Source: Folioceros fuciformis (lineage: Eukaryota). From it: 35,308 nucleotides of DNA. Positions 1 through 11,749 of this stretch are shown here, piece by piece (position 1 is the stretch's first letter; each line of letters starts with the position of its first letter). The notes beneath the pieces are model-generated. The model was not told where the DNA came from. It did not search any database and worked only from the letters and a program-made list of their open reading frames with translations. Location: contig JBNGIO010006224.1 of NCBI GenBank assembly GCA_049999805.1, positions 62,001 to 97,308 on the forward strand. The letters run 5' to 3'. The translations under genes and the position numbers were made by a program.

Positions 1-26
1 CTGGGTTGGGCATGCATTGGAGGTAC

Positions 27-850
27 CGTGCCCCACAGGCGAATTGTATGATCACAACTAGATGACACGAGGAGGCTGTCTTCTCTTCTTGACGAACTTT
101 GGAACGTTGCTAGGCCGAGAAAAGGAAAAGCTCTGCAGTCAAAAGGTTCGCATGACTGTCCAACCGAAAAAAATTCAAACCCGATATGCAGAGTCAAGCT
201 GCCTACCTCATACAAGTGATGCGGGCATTATGATCACGCAGGTAGCCCACCATGCTTGGAGCACTGTCACCTGGACCCAGCTTCCACACCGACATATTTT
301 GACCCTAGAATGTAACAATGGACCCACATGAGAGCCTTGTCCTCGTTCGTAGAGTAAGAACCATCTACGAAAACTCAGCGTGCCACTAACCTGTGCAATT
401 GTCACCCTGTCATCTTCCAGGACAAGGTGGCTAACTGGAGAAGTTGAAATTTGAACTTGCCAATCAACAGGATCCATGAGACGAAATTGGTGAGTAGCTC
501 TATGGCGGGCAACGTATGCTTCTCTCCCTGCTGAGTTCATATCCTGTCCCCGGAATATCAGTTTAGCTGGCCACCGTTTCCTGCACCGTGCAAACAGCAA
601 CAGACTCATTGATGAAGGTATACACGGACAACTAGCGCAAGACTGAAGGGCCCAACCCTGTAGACCTAAGGCACAGTGGCGTATTTGAGCTAAACCTGCA
701 CTGAATTTGCCAAACAGTGTCGGAATAAGCTGCCTCTCTGAATTTCCGACAGGCCAGTGCCATGTTGACAAGATCACGAAGACCTAACCGTGATGCACAA
801 AGTATTAGAACGTCCATATCAAGGTCAAGAACCTGTGTCTTGCTGTCCAT
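27..850 (-). CDS. F-box/WD40-repeat protein (At3g52030-like), 5' exons; gene continues beyond the left window edge
   Basis: Exons 850-696, 580-391, 304-207 and 132-27 join through GT-AG introns into one frame. The product has an F-box (VLDLDMDVLILCASRLGLRDLVNMALACRKFREAAYSDTVWQIQCRKRWP), then GREAYVARHRATHQFRLMDP, then WD40-type segments YLRDHNARITCMR and LLVSSSCDHTIRLW. An in-frame upstream ATG at 1174 is an alternative start. Confidence 0.85.
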
Positions 851-2459
851 CTTCAATTTTTCCTCACGGATAACTTTCTCAAACAGAGGTTTCCTTGTGC
901 CCCTAAGCACAGTATCACGTTCGAAGCCATGTGATGCATCTCGTTGTGCCGTAGGTGCCTCCACTCTCGGAGAGTGCCCACGGAAATTCCCACTCGCTTG
1001 CACCCCATGTGATCCACCTGCTACTAATTGCCCTCCATACAGAAATCCCCTTGATGGTGAAGGTGTTTCAGCAGCTGCTCTCTCCTTGCAAGTACATGAC
1101 AAGTCCCACAAACATGCTCCTACATAGGACGTGCTTCTCCTATCGTCAGTCGCAGAAGAGTGGGATGTCGGCATGACCTTGCTGATATCACATCAAGGCC
1201 CGGCAACTCCTCTCTCCTCTGGAAGAATGTCCTATTTTCCCTGCCAGCTCAGACAACCTGCTCACGACCTCCATGTGGCTTACAAAAATTCCTTAACAAC
1301 GTTCGTTGTCAAATTGATGTTACAACCATTCCCATATTTGAACCGGTACTGATTAAATGCCTTCATTCATGTATCAGATCAACCTACACTGCAAAAAGGG
1401 ATTCCACAAGCTACCCTAGTCCCCCAATTCCCCGAACTCCAACCTCAATTCACCCTGTTGTCAAGGATAGCTTCGGAATTGGATGGCTCCTTGGTAGCGT
1501 GGGTGATGAAGGCTAGAATCCAGTGACGAATTCCTAAAACCCAAAAAACGATCTAACCCAAAACTGATCTACAGAGATCTAGGACGTGGGAGAAACACTT
1601 TGGAGAAATAGCGAGTGAGATGGACAAGCTACAGCTGGGCCGAAGAGAAAGGGTTCAATCCTGAGCTGGTTACGAGATCGCAGTTGGAGTACCACCTGTT
1701 CAACCAAATCAAGGTGATGAAAGAAAGAGAGGATTTTGAGGGCCGTCGGATGCGAAGAGCAGAATTCAAACATGGACTCCAATACGAACAATTTTCAGGA
1801 ACGATGACAGATTGTCACAATCTGAGGCAAATCTCTGAGATTCCAAACGGCCCTCTTAAGAGGGACTCTGGAGGGCCGAATTCCGCACACTAGCCCCCCT
1901 AAATCCCACCATGCCGATCGTAACACAAGCGACACACCGACACGATTCACAGCACACCTACAATTACAAGCACAAGTTCGGCAAAATAAGACAGAAGTGA
2001 GCTCGGCGCCGGGAGTCGACTATCAACGGAACGGGGCCAAGCACAGCCGGAGGCATTTGGCTGCTGTCGAGGCCGCAGGTGGCGCAGCAGTACGCATGTA
2101 CATTTTGTAACGGGCCTCTATTCCCGTTCCGTGACTTTGAGTATTTTCCGCTTGAAAATATATTAATGTTTAAAAATAAACAGAGGTGTCACCTATTACA
2201 CGACACTGCGCGCCCCAATCCAATCCAACCCAATCCTGGAACTGAGTCACCTGGACCCACGTGGACTCACCAACGTGCGGGATTCACCCTTTCTCGTAAA
2301 ATAGGATTTTAGGCAAGGAGAGCACAGCAAGCAAGCGCGGCAAGCTGAAAACCGACTTCCGCTACAGTACACTCCACTACGGTATAGTACAGTACATGTA
2401 CAGTATTTTGGAAAGTGAGTGAGGCAGGACAGAACACGTCAAAGTACTACACTACAGTA

Positions 2460-3960
2460 CTATAAAGTATTGCCTACAAGGATCCGTGCGGCTTCTCGTA
2501 AAATATAAATAATAATATTTACCCCAAATTTAGGTTGATGGCAGACACAAGAGCCACTCATGTACGATGATGCAGCTGGATGGCATGTCCGTGTTGTCTG
2601 TCTCGGTCCAAAGGGAGGAAGACCACATGAAGGCATCTGGTGCGGATCCCAGTTCATATGCTTTAGCTCCAAATACATGAATTGCTTCATGTGGCCCCCC
2701 CATGAGAAGCAGACATTTGAGGGGTGTGATTGTCCAGGAATGTGTCTGACTGGCAGCCATTTCTTCACCGTGGAAGCATGGCTACCCTGGTCCTTGTCCA
2801 CTACACATTCACCAGTGTAAAGTAAACTAGAGATCTTAAGTCATCTGTCCTCCTTCCTTTGCTCTCCTCCCGTATTTCCTCCTTCTGCATCCTGCCATCA
2901 CTTCATTTCCACCACTCTTTTGATCATCCCTTTTCCCTTCCCCTCTATCACGTCCTCTCCTGGTGCCTTCGCTGAGTTAATTCTTCACGTCGAGGGGTTT
3001 CCTGGAGGTAGCTTACAAATGTTGTTGAAAACCCGACCACAGTCGGTGCCCATCCTGACTGGAGGTGTCACATCCCTGAAAAAAGTTTGCAGATCGCAGT
3101 GTCATATATGATGAACATGTAGACGGTTTCCTGAAGTAAGGGCCTTCGAGACTCACCGATTGGAAGCGAACGTTGCAAGAGTGGTAAAAATTGGGGAACG
3201 CCCTCGTGAGCAGGTCATGTTCCGACAGCTCGTCCATCAGCTTGTTCGGGATCAACTCTTGCCCCACCTCCAGCTCCTTGATGTACTGGGGAGCTTCCGG
3301 GGCCAGCAAAACTCACATGCTCACTCTGACTGAAGTATTGTGGTTGAGCGTAGACCGAAGCCACAAACAGCTATAGCCCTCCGTGGTTTTACCTCTTCTG
3401 ATCTTTGGCTCGCTAATGTATGTGTGTTGGCGGGAACGTATGAATTCAGCTGGCATATGCATATAAGAAGCTCTTTTTGTGAACATAATTGTCTTCGGGT
3501 CTGTTTCGTAGCTAGCGATTACAGCAGAGTGAAATCTGCCCGTGAATGTTCGGCGTTGTTGCCATTGGCCTTCACAGGAAACGCTTCTTGCCATTTGTCG
3601 GAACATTCAGAGCACAGTTCACTCTGCTGTATCTAGCTAGCTAGCTATGAAACAAGGCTGAAGAGAAATGATGTTCACAAAGAAAAAGATTACGATATGC
3701 ATACCATGCTGAATTTAAAAATCCCGCAAACACACATGACATTAGAACCACCTCCCAGCTCCTTGCGGCCACAGCCAGCTTTTCCTCGCAGCCACCTATA
3801 ACTGCATCCACGTTGTCAACAACACAGGCAGCTTGTGCGGATGAAGCCCGCTGTTGAGGCAGTGTAGTAGATTTCTACAACTGGAAAGCACATACCTCGG
3901 ATTCATGAAGCACTGTAAATCATCCATCTACTTGCTGGTGTGGATGATGACCCTTGACTT
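2460..3960 (-). pseudogene. Decayed unknown gene 'X', copy 1
   Basis: ORFs 3606-3313 and 3309-3013 share a frame and are separated by one TGA. Peptides align with 11750-14250: GYSCLWLRSTLNHNTSVRVSM*VLLAPEAPQYIKELE vs GQSFLCLRPTDDHSYGVRVNN*VQLCTEAPEDIMELE, and EQRKEDR vs EQRKEER. Further stops and frameshifts are present. Boundaries are approximate. Confidence 0.5.
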
Positions 3961-4311
3961 GGTCAGGAAGAAAAACCTTAATTTCGGAAACATCTAGCTT
4001 CACATCCACAGCCATACCTCAGACATCACGGTTAGAGAAAACAGAACAAGCAAGAATTTCCAATACCAAATCTGCAACATACATCCATGGAACAAGACAT
4101 ATTCAATTGTATCTGACGTTCCTGTCCTTCTGCATATCGCCATCTTGTTGGAATTCGAATCAGTCCGGTAGTGAAAAAATTGAGCGATAATCTGCAAGCA
4201 CACCCAGAAGTGACTCCGCAAGGCCATCATAAACATGAGACGCGTCCTCAGAGTGCAAGGTGCTGAAGAAGCAAATTACTCAGCAATTGAAGAGCAGAGA
4301 TGGACGCAGAA

Positions 4312-4348
4312 CAGGGCAGGGCAGGGCAGGGCAGGGCAAGGCATGGCA
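4312..4348. repeat. (GGGCA)n pentanucleotide microsatellite
   Basis: cagggcagggcagggcagggcagggcaaggcatggca is read directly. Confidence 0.85.
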
Positions 4349-5144
4349 GCTTGCTCGGTCCCGAATTCAGCCATGCCACAACTGCACGATGAAACAACTC
4401 TGCGTAATCCTCAAAATCCCGAGTCTGCTGACCGACCGCAATCCCTCATGGATTGGTAGCTGCAAAGGGTGCCAGCTCGAGCAGGAGATGACATCTTGTT
4501 TTCATTCTGTGAGTTGCTGTGCAGCGTCGGGTGCGAGCGGGCCGACGCAGGCTGCACGCGCTCGGGCGAGCAAAGAGCAGAATAGCTTGACCGCAGTTAG
4601 GAACCAGGGTTGTGATAACCAGAGGGTGGAGTTAATTAAGAGTGTTGTTTGTGGACTGCGCACATTTACGCAGCCCAGGGACTGCTAGCAGCAGCCCAGC
4701 GGGTACCGTTGAAGGTCGCAATCACCATCGGCTCGCCGGGTGGATGGAAATGCAGTCCGAGAACCGAATCCTGGGTGCAGCGTGCGGAGTTAGTGGGGAT
4801 TGGTAGCATCTTGGAGGCCTGTGCATGTTTGTACACAGGCTGCTGCTAGGGCGGCTGGAGCTCCATCCATCGCTGCAGAGCCGTTGGGTGAGCGATTGAA
4901 CGGATGGGTTCGCAGGCCGCAGCCCTGGCGAGCGCTGTAAGCTGCTGTCTGGCAAGTGGGCTCTGGCCACCCAGACCTTGTCAAAGTTGGCGACAGACGG
5001 GCGCTGGGGTTGGGAGTGGGAGCAGCTGCGTCAGGACATGGATGTGGTTGAATGCGTATGCATACAAGTCGGGACCGTGCGGTACAATCCCGAGCTGTGT
5101 GCCAGACTCCTGGCAACGGCCAATAGATCCCAGTGCGCTCTGGC

Positions 5145-6719
5145 ATGAAGAAATCAGGGACTGTGTTTAAGGCCTGGGGCTGGCTGCCGCCGTCGTGGAA
5201 GCCGGGGCCTGGCTCGCAAGGGCAGCCGCCAATGGCGCAGCAGCAAGATGGGCATACGGATCAGAAACAAATTGAGGAGCACCCGCCCAAAGTGAAGCAC
5301 AAGCTGGCGCGGTGGAAGGATTCTTGGATCCGCGAGTCGCACCTGGAGAGCAGCGCGAGCGCCAGCGCCAGCGAGGTGGTGCAGGAGCAGCAGCAAGGTC
5401 CGATGGCGATGATGAATGTTTGCGAGGGCGGCGGGGGTGAGCGGCATCGGGGCAAACGCATTGCCGGGAACCCCGATGGCCCTGTGGGTGGGGATCATCG
5501 CAGGGAGGAGGTGGTAGAGGCAGCAGCAGGGGCAGAGGCAGCCGTACAGGTGCAAACGCAAGAGGAGCCGAGGGGGATGCGGGTGGCGGTGGTCCGGCAT
5601 AAGCGCAGCAGGCAGGTGCTGTTCGTGGAGGCGGGGAAGGAGTTTGTGGACGTGGTGCTTGGGCTGCTGGCGCTGCCGAGCTGGGCGGTGCTGCGGCTTC
5701 TCAAGTCCGACAGCCGGCCGTCGCCCAGCGTGCACCTCAACTCATCCGGCTGCATCCAGAACCTGTACGAGAGCGTTCGGGAAATGGATCCCGCCCTCTT
5801 GGTCACCCACAAGTCCAACCTGCTCATGGGCGAGGGGGCGCTCTCCTGCTTCCTGCCCTCGCTGCTCTACCTTTCGTCGGGCGCGGAGCTGCAAGCGCAG
5901 ACGGTGCGTCGTTCCAATTCCGGAAGCAGCAACACTGTTGCTGCTGCGTCTCGTGATGAGCAGCGTGCAGGTCATGGTGGCGACGGGTGTCAAGGCGCAG
6001 AGTTCATCTATGGCTGCCATGGACGCTATGTGGCCAATGGGATCTACGGGCCGGGCCACCAGCCTTGCCCCTGGATCGCGTGGGCACCCGGCACCAGGTG
6101 TCCCAGCTGCGGGAACATCATGACCATGCTTTACGGCCAAGTGGAGGCGTCCAAGAAGCGGAAGCGGCATTCCCACAACTCTAAGCGAAAGCTTACACTG
6201 CTCCCCGACGTCTCCGACCCCAAAGAAGCTGCTCCCGCCACCGCTCCTGCAACTCTTCCGGTTGCCGTGTACGGGGCTGTGAAGGATAATGTGACCTTCA
6301 TGCTCACAGATGGGTTAGAGGTCTTCCCCGCGTCCGGGACCAGGAGCTTGGAGCTGCTGGCCAGGAAGAGGTGGGCCATCGGTGATCTGGAGAAGGTATC
6401 ATTGGAGCTCGGGCATGTTGAGGTATGTCATCAGCTAGTTAGCTGGCCACGTCATCATCATAACCTGCTTTCTGTTGGGACAAGGTGGATGCTTCAGATT
6501 TGTGTTGGTGTGAGATGGCTTGCCTTTTGAACCGTGCCTTTTGAAGACGATACATATTTGCATCGAGACGAGTGTGTGTTTGTCTGTACAGTCACTGGCC
6601 TTGCTTTGACAACATTCTTGCCTTTGGCTACTGGTTGGAAGCAGGTGAAAAGGCTGATGGAGCTGTCGCTCACGTCGGAGACCGTGCTCACTGACATTCT
6701 CGCGCCCCTCATGCGATGA
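5145..6719 (+). CDS. DUF674-family protein, paralog A1 (~450 aa)
   Basis: Exons 5145-6422 and 6645-6719 (GAG|gtatgt...gcag|GTG). DUF674 hallmarks: QVLFVEAGKEFVDVVLGLLALP, GCIQNLYESV, CPSCG..M, GAVKDNVTFMLTDGLEVFP, DLEKVSLELGHVE|VKRLMELSLTSETVLTDIL. Confidence 0.88.
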
Positions 6720-7679
6720 TCATCTCCATCCCGATCTCGTGTGAATGTTGACAAAGTTTTGAGATCCAGGCCCTAGGCCTGCTGCATGCGGGCATGCAGC
6801 TAGGGGGGGTTCCAATTCCGAGTGTGAAATCGATGCGTTCGTTCGTTGGGATCTTCAGCTGGCAACAAGAGGTGTAGATGTCCCTGTAAGGCTTGCAACT
6901 ATATACATACATACATACCACATAGAACATGTATACCTGGGTAGCAGAACGGGCTGGCATGGCTAGACCGTCCTGCGGCTTTTGCTCTCTGACTGGCCGA
7001 CTGTCGAAAGAAGTGATGACGACGGCAACTCTGCGTGTATGTTCAAATCTAGCAACAGATTCCTCCGTTACACCACCCACATCGCATCAAGTAGCGTGTC
7101 AGTCCCGCCCCTCCCCGACAGCCGCGTCCGTGCTTCGCATTCAAGAATCTTCCGACAACGTTAGCTGAAATGCCACCGTCCAACAACCACTCCAAGCTCT
7201 GGCAAGTCAGGGCTGGACAGGGCTGGGCAGGTGGGGTCAGGGCTGGGCTGGGCCCCAGCCTCCCAACACCTCCAGCACGTACAAACAGGCTGCAAACGCT
7301 CTCGTAGGTTGGCGTGTGATGCATCCTTCCGAGGGAATTCGTCAGGTCCCATCCGTTTCTTGCGGCAGAGTGCAGGCATCAGCTAGCAAGGCAGCGAGGC
7401 AAGAGACACTGGAAAATTATCACAAGTGTTCTTGAAATCCAAATACACACACATTGCAAACGACATAAATAGGTAGAAGCCTAGCCGCATGTAGACAGGC
7501 AGCAGAGCGCCACAGCGCTGCTCCGTGGTGCCCACACACTTGCCACCATGGAGCTTACAAAATTCTGCGCCCTCGGATCCAACCAACAGCAAACCCACTC
7601 CAAGGAACGAGTGTTGTTGAAAGCCAAACACACATAGCAAACGAAATAACAGCGTAACCGATCGAAAGAACAGGCAGCT

Positions 7680-8873
7680 CTAACGTTCGAACATGACAGA
7701 ACCACTGAAGAAGTCGTTGGCGTTCTGCATCAAGTCGACCGCGCGGCTGAGCACGTTCAGTGAGTTCCCGAGCACGGCGTCTATAAGCTTTGTTATCTGG
7801 ATGACAACGAGGGAGGCACGCACAGCCTTAAGTATATTACCCGCACTTGGAGACAACCAGCACGACGTAGTCACACAAAGCAGCTTGGTACAGGGAGGGG
7901 TACGGACAACAAAACTCACCCGAGAATGGCCGATGCAGAAGTTCTGAATTCGCAGCTCGCGGGCATCCCGGACCCCTTTGGCACGCAATATTTTGCCCAC
8001 CACAGCCTGCTTCATCCGTTTGTTGGGCGAGAAAGAGAAGTTGAGATCATCAGTAACGAGGAAGGTGATGTTGTTCCGGAAAAACGGGCCGTGAAAACAC
8101 TGGGTCGCAGCGGGCGACAGAAAGGGAAAAGATCTGGACGCCACTGCTCTCGCCGCCACCTGACGCGGATTTTCCTGGAGTACCAACGGCGGAGTCCAAG
8201 ACATTTCAGCGTTCCGTCCAAATGTCCACTCCCCCATGGGTGCCCCGCAGCCCGGGCACCAGGACCCCGTGCAGGTGCAGTACCATGGACAGCCCGTGCC
8301 CGGCTCCGCGCTGAAGTTTTCGCATGCGTACAGCGGCATCGAGTTGCCTATGCATGACACCCTCCATTCATGCGGCCGCACAGTGAAGACAGTCCTGCGC
8401 AACTCCAGACCACGGTACGTGAGCACCCGCATTGGCACATGGCTCATGCTCTGCTTGAGCTCGTGAGTCACAGCACACTGTAGAGCGATGTGCCGGGTCC
8501 CGTCCACGCGCACACCGTCACTGCCCACAGCCCAATTCACGCCAAATTCCGCAGCCCTCAAAAAGATAATTTCCAGGATCAATTCCACCAACCATGGAGT
8601 CGTTTCCACGAACAAAATCTGATTGGTTGTAATACAAATCACAGCCTTGATCCAGTTCCCTTGCGGCATTTGGGCGGAGCTCGTCATCATGGAAAGCAGC
8701 AACCTGGCATTGTTGCGGGAGGCTGCAGGTGCTTGGGGTCGTGAGCCCCCAGCACCATTCATCCCCCGAGCAACAAGAGGCACAGCGTCACGCCCCCAAG
8801 GACCATTCATCCCCCAAGGCACATGGACCATACCCGCTCGAGAAGAGTTAGAGTCATAGTCTGAGCTGGACAT
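7680..8873 (-). CDS. Divergent DUF674-like protein, paralog B1
   Basis: ATG at 8873 (MSSSDYD); exons 8873-7920 and 7796-7680 (CGG|gtgagt...ccag|ATA). Motifs: NQILFVET..LVELILEII, C...CPW......CPGCG.PM, FFRNNITFLVTDDLNF, IGHSR|ITKLIDAVLGNSLNVLS. Confidence 0.72.
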   Translation of the reverse strand: MSSSDYDSNSSRAGMVHVPWGMNGPWGRDAVPLVARGMNGAGGSRPQAPAASRNNARLLLSMMTSSAQMPQGNWIKAVICITTNQILFVETTPWLVELILEIIFLRAAEFGVNWAVGSDGVRVDGTRHIALQCAVTHELKQSMSHVPMRVLTYRGLELRRTVFTVRPHEWRVSCIGNSMPLYACENFSAEPGTGCPWYCTCTGSWCPGCGAPMGEWTFGRNAEMSWTPPLVLQENPRQVAARAVASRSFPFLSPAATQCFHGPFFRNNITFLVTDDLNFSFSPNKRMKQAVVGKILRAKGVRDARELRIQNFCIGHSRVSFVVRTPPCTKLLCVTTSCWLSPSAGNILKAVRASLVVIQITKLIDAVLGNSLNVLSRAVDLMQNANDFFSGSVMFER

Positions 8874-8924
8874 CGTCACACACACTGAACCAAGCTTCAC
8901 ACAAACAACCAGCAAATAAACGCA

Positions 8925-9258
8925 ACAGATCGCCACAAGCTCGAGTGCTCCAAGCAATAAAGAAGTAGATCGTCACATGCTCGAGGGCTCCGAACAAAGA
9001 AGCAAGTAGATCGTCACAAGCTCGAGGGCTTCGAACAAAGAAGCAAGGAGATTGCCACAACTTTGAGGGCTCCGAACAAAGAAGCAAGGAGATCGCCACA
9101 AGCTCGAGGGCTTCGAACAAATAAGCAAGGCGATCGTCAAAAGTTTAAGGGCTTCAAACCAAGAAGCAAATCGAGGGCTCCGAACAAAGAAGCAAGGAGA
9201 TCGTCACAAGCTCAAGGGCTTCAAACCAAGAAGCAAATCGCCGCAAGCTTGAGGCCTC
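8925..9258. repeat. 41-bp minisatellite, about 8-9 copies
   Basis: Unit ctcgagggctccgaacaaagaagcaaggagatcgtcacaag recurs at about 8940, 8980, 9021, 9062, 9103, 9144, 9170 and 9211, with a partial copy at ~9249. Confidence 0.92.
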
Positions 9259-9348
9259 AAGTAGTCGGGATACACAAAGGAGGAGAAACAAAAGAGCACT
9301 AGGCAGAAATGCCCAACAGGAATGCGGGAAAGGCTCTCAAGATGAAGC

Positions 9349-9355
9349 TTATATA
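9349..9355 (-). promoter_or_regulatory. Candidate TATA box for paralog B1
   Basis: The minus strand reads CTATATAAGC about 480 bp upstream of ATG 8873. Paralog B2 has a similar CTATTTAAGC. Confidence 0.4.
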
Positions 9356-9503
9356 GTGGAAGAAAGGGAAGAGAGAGGAGGGAGAGGATGAAAAGTAGGT
9401 AGCTAGCGAGGTTTGCCCTAACCAAGGTGTGAACCATGTAAACCAAGGTTATATAGTCAATGAGGACATAAGACAGAGGAGGGAGAGGACAGGACAGAAA
9501 CGA

Positions 9504-9710
9504 GGTAGAGATTTGAGTTAAGTAGGTTGTGAACGTTTGCACTATACCTGATACGTGTCAGATAGATAACAATGTGTAAGCTAACTAGAGTGAACCATTT
9601 GTTCTTTGGTAGAGGTTTGAGTTAAGTAGGGTGTGAACATTTACACTATACTTGACACGTGTCAGATAGATAACAACGTGTAAGCTAACTAGAGTGAACC
9701 GTTTGTTCTC
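9504..9710. repeat. Direct tandem duplication, period 104 bp (2 copies)
   Basis: ggtagag.tttgagttaagtagg.tgtgaac.ttt.cactatac.tga.acgtgtcagatagataacaa.gtgtaagctaactagagtgaacc.tttgttct starts at 9504 and 9608. Confidence 0.92.
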
Positions 9711-10269
9711 TGCCTGAAATGTGTTTGAATAGATGACCATGAGTAAGTTAACCAACGTTCAAAATATTCAGTGCATTCACACATGGAAACTTACAAATTG
9801 GTCCGGTGGCATCTTGGATCACTTATTCAAACCCCAACATTGTCCAATTAGTAGGATGACACATTTGATATGAACATAGATGACATACGTATAGATGATC
9901 CTAATGATCTGATTGTCTTGATGTTAAGGCAAAATGACACATCCAAACCCAATCCCATGTTCCTTGTCTCCGAAGTGCACATTGCTCCATATACTTGTGT
10001 TGTCAAACCTTGAGTTATTATATTATGTATTTGATTTGGAGCCTCCTTATCTATTCTCACTGCTTCTTAAAATATCATGGGTTCTATATGTGCTTTGAGA
10101 TCATACTACATTGGACCCCTAATTACTTATTTGCATAAATATTATTATGATTGAGGCTATGAAGATTGTCATGACAACCAAAATAGGATTGACACGAAGG
10201 ATGTGATTATGTCTTGCTGGTATTTTGGTCTAACCCTTGCTCCCCGGCATTAAGAAAGCCCGCCTCCTA

Positions 10270-11200
10270 GAGCTATAATTCGTATGCGTTGTGTGCTTTC
10301 TGGACGTGGAAGGGATCAGGGGGTTCCTTGGCTGCTTCTTCCTCTAGAGTCTTCCTCCTGACCGACTCACAATCACGAGACAACCATTTCGGTAGAATGT
10401 GGAAGAGGGGCAGGTGGCTTCCTTCTAGCACTTGCGTAGAAAAGGCTTCTTGCAACTGTCCGGCATTGGCACCATCCTATGTGTATTGGGATTGTGAACG
10501 CAGAAAGGAATCTGTCTCTGCAACTGCTGTGCAAGGTCCACCTCGCGTTAAGCTGTTGCTGTGACATGCCTGGGTCTGCGGGGCCTACTTCAAGCCTTTC
10601 GTTTCGCCTTTGCATTGCTTCCAATCCAAAAGAGCAACGGCCGGTGGTCGGACCTAGATACGGAGGCATCGACTTGAAAGTTGCGGACAGAGCTAAAGTG
10701 TGGGCTCGTGCGTGAAAGTGGTCCCCAGCGCTTCTTCGTACACGCAGTGGGCAGGGTGATAGAGTCGCCATTGTACTGGCTGCATTGATAACAGCTGTGC
10801 TTCATGGTAGCTGGAAGTAAGGAGATGTCATTGTCCAAGAAAGTCGAGAAGAGGGAGCTGTGCCCCAGCCTCCAGCTGGGCGCCGGCTAGGGTCCGAAGT
10901 TTCGCGGGGGCTGCATGTTGGGGCCCAGTTGGGCTGATGGGTAGACCGGATGCGACAGCGTGGGATAGTTCGTGAAAGAACAGCTGGGGATCAACGGTCG
11001 AGCATCTCAACGTCTCACAGATATTTTGGTTGGCGCTGCTGATGGAGCAAGGCCCCAAGGGACTTCCAGCTTTGTGATGCTCATGGTCAAGGCCTTCTCC
11101 ATCTGGTCAAGGCCTGCAAGACGACGGTCGAGCGTTTCGAGGTGGGCCATGAGGGCAGTCTCCGTATGCGAAAACACGTCCACCAGCCTACCTTCCACTG
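10270..11200 (-). pseudogene. Possible decayed ORF of unknown type, with a coiled-coil-like N-terminus
   Basis: MEGRLVDVFSHTETALMAHLETLDRRLAGLDQMEKALTMSITKLE is followed by further broken ORFs on the same strand. No family recognised. Confidence 0.25.
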
Positions 11201-11749
11201 CCAGGAGGTCAGGTCTAGAGTCCAGAGCAACGGTGGTGGAATCTACAGGACAAAGGGGAGGGAGAGGAAAACGGGCCAGTGTAAGCGGCGTGTGGGGATG
11301 GATTACAGCGACCAGGCAATCGTCCGATCACCCGGGAATTCCAGATGAGAACGGAATCCACGCCGAATGAGTCGTGAAAGAGCCATGAAAGGATACGTTA
11401 GAGAGGAACCCGCAGATCCTCTTCTTCTCTAGGTGAGGGTGTGTCCTGACCGCTCTGATCCGTGCAGAAACCATGGCGTGGGGAGGTGGTTCCAGATACA
11501 TCGATTTGAATGCTAGCGATCACTGTATACATAATAATAATTATTATTATTATTATTATTACTTTTCAATTTTAAACAATTTATACAAATAGGTAAAAGA
11601 AGAAGCTTAAGTGAGTTTTGCCGTATCAGTCCACAATCGGCCTTCTTCATTTCACGGTCTAAGAAAAATTTGGATATATCACGGTGCTGTGCGTGTCCGG
11701 GTACCCACACCGCACATTTCAGGAGGAGACCTGTTTCTTCCTAGGCCAT

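Noticed and set aside
3313-3315. Selenocysteine or U-to-C editing explanation for the shared TGA
   Set aside because: Land plants lack selenoprotein machinery, U-to-C editing is organellar, and both copies have other disabling lesions.
5154-6379. Several antisense and alternate-frame ORFs over DUF674-A1 (similarly over A2, B1 and B2)
   Set aside because: Shadow ORFs of GC-rich coding sequence with no independent motifs.
8925-9258. CRISPR-like array
   Set aside because: Units are contiguous with no unique spacers, there are no cas genes, and the context is eukaryotic. It is a minisatellite.
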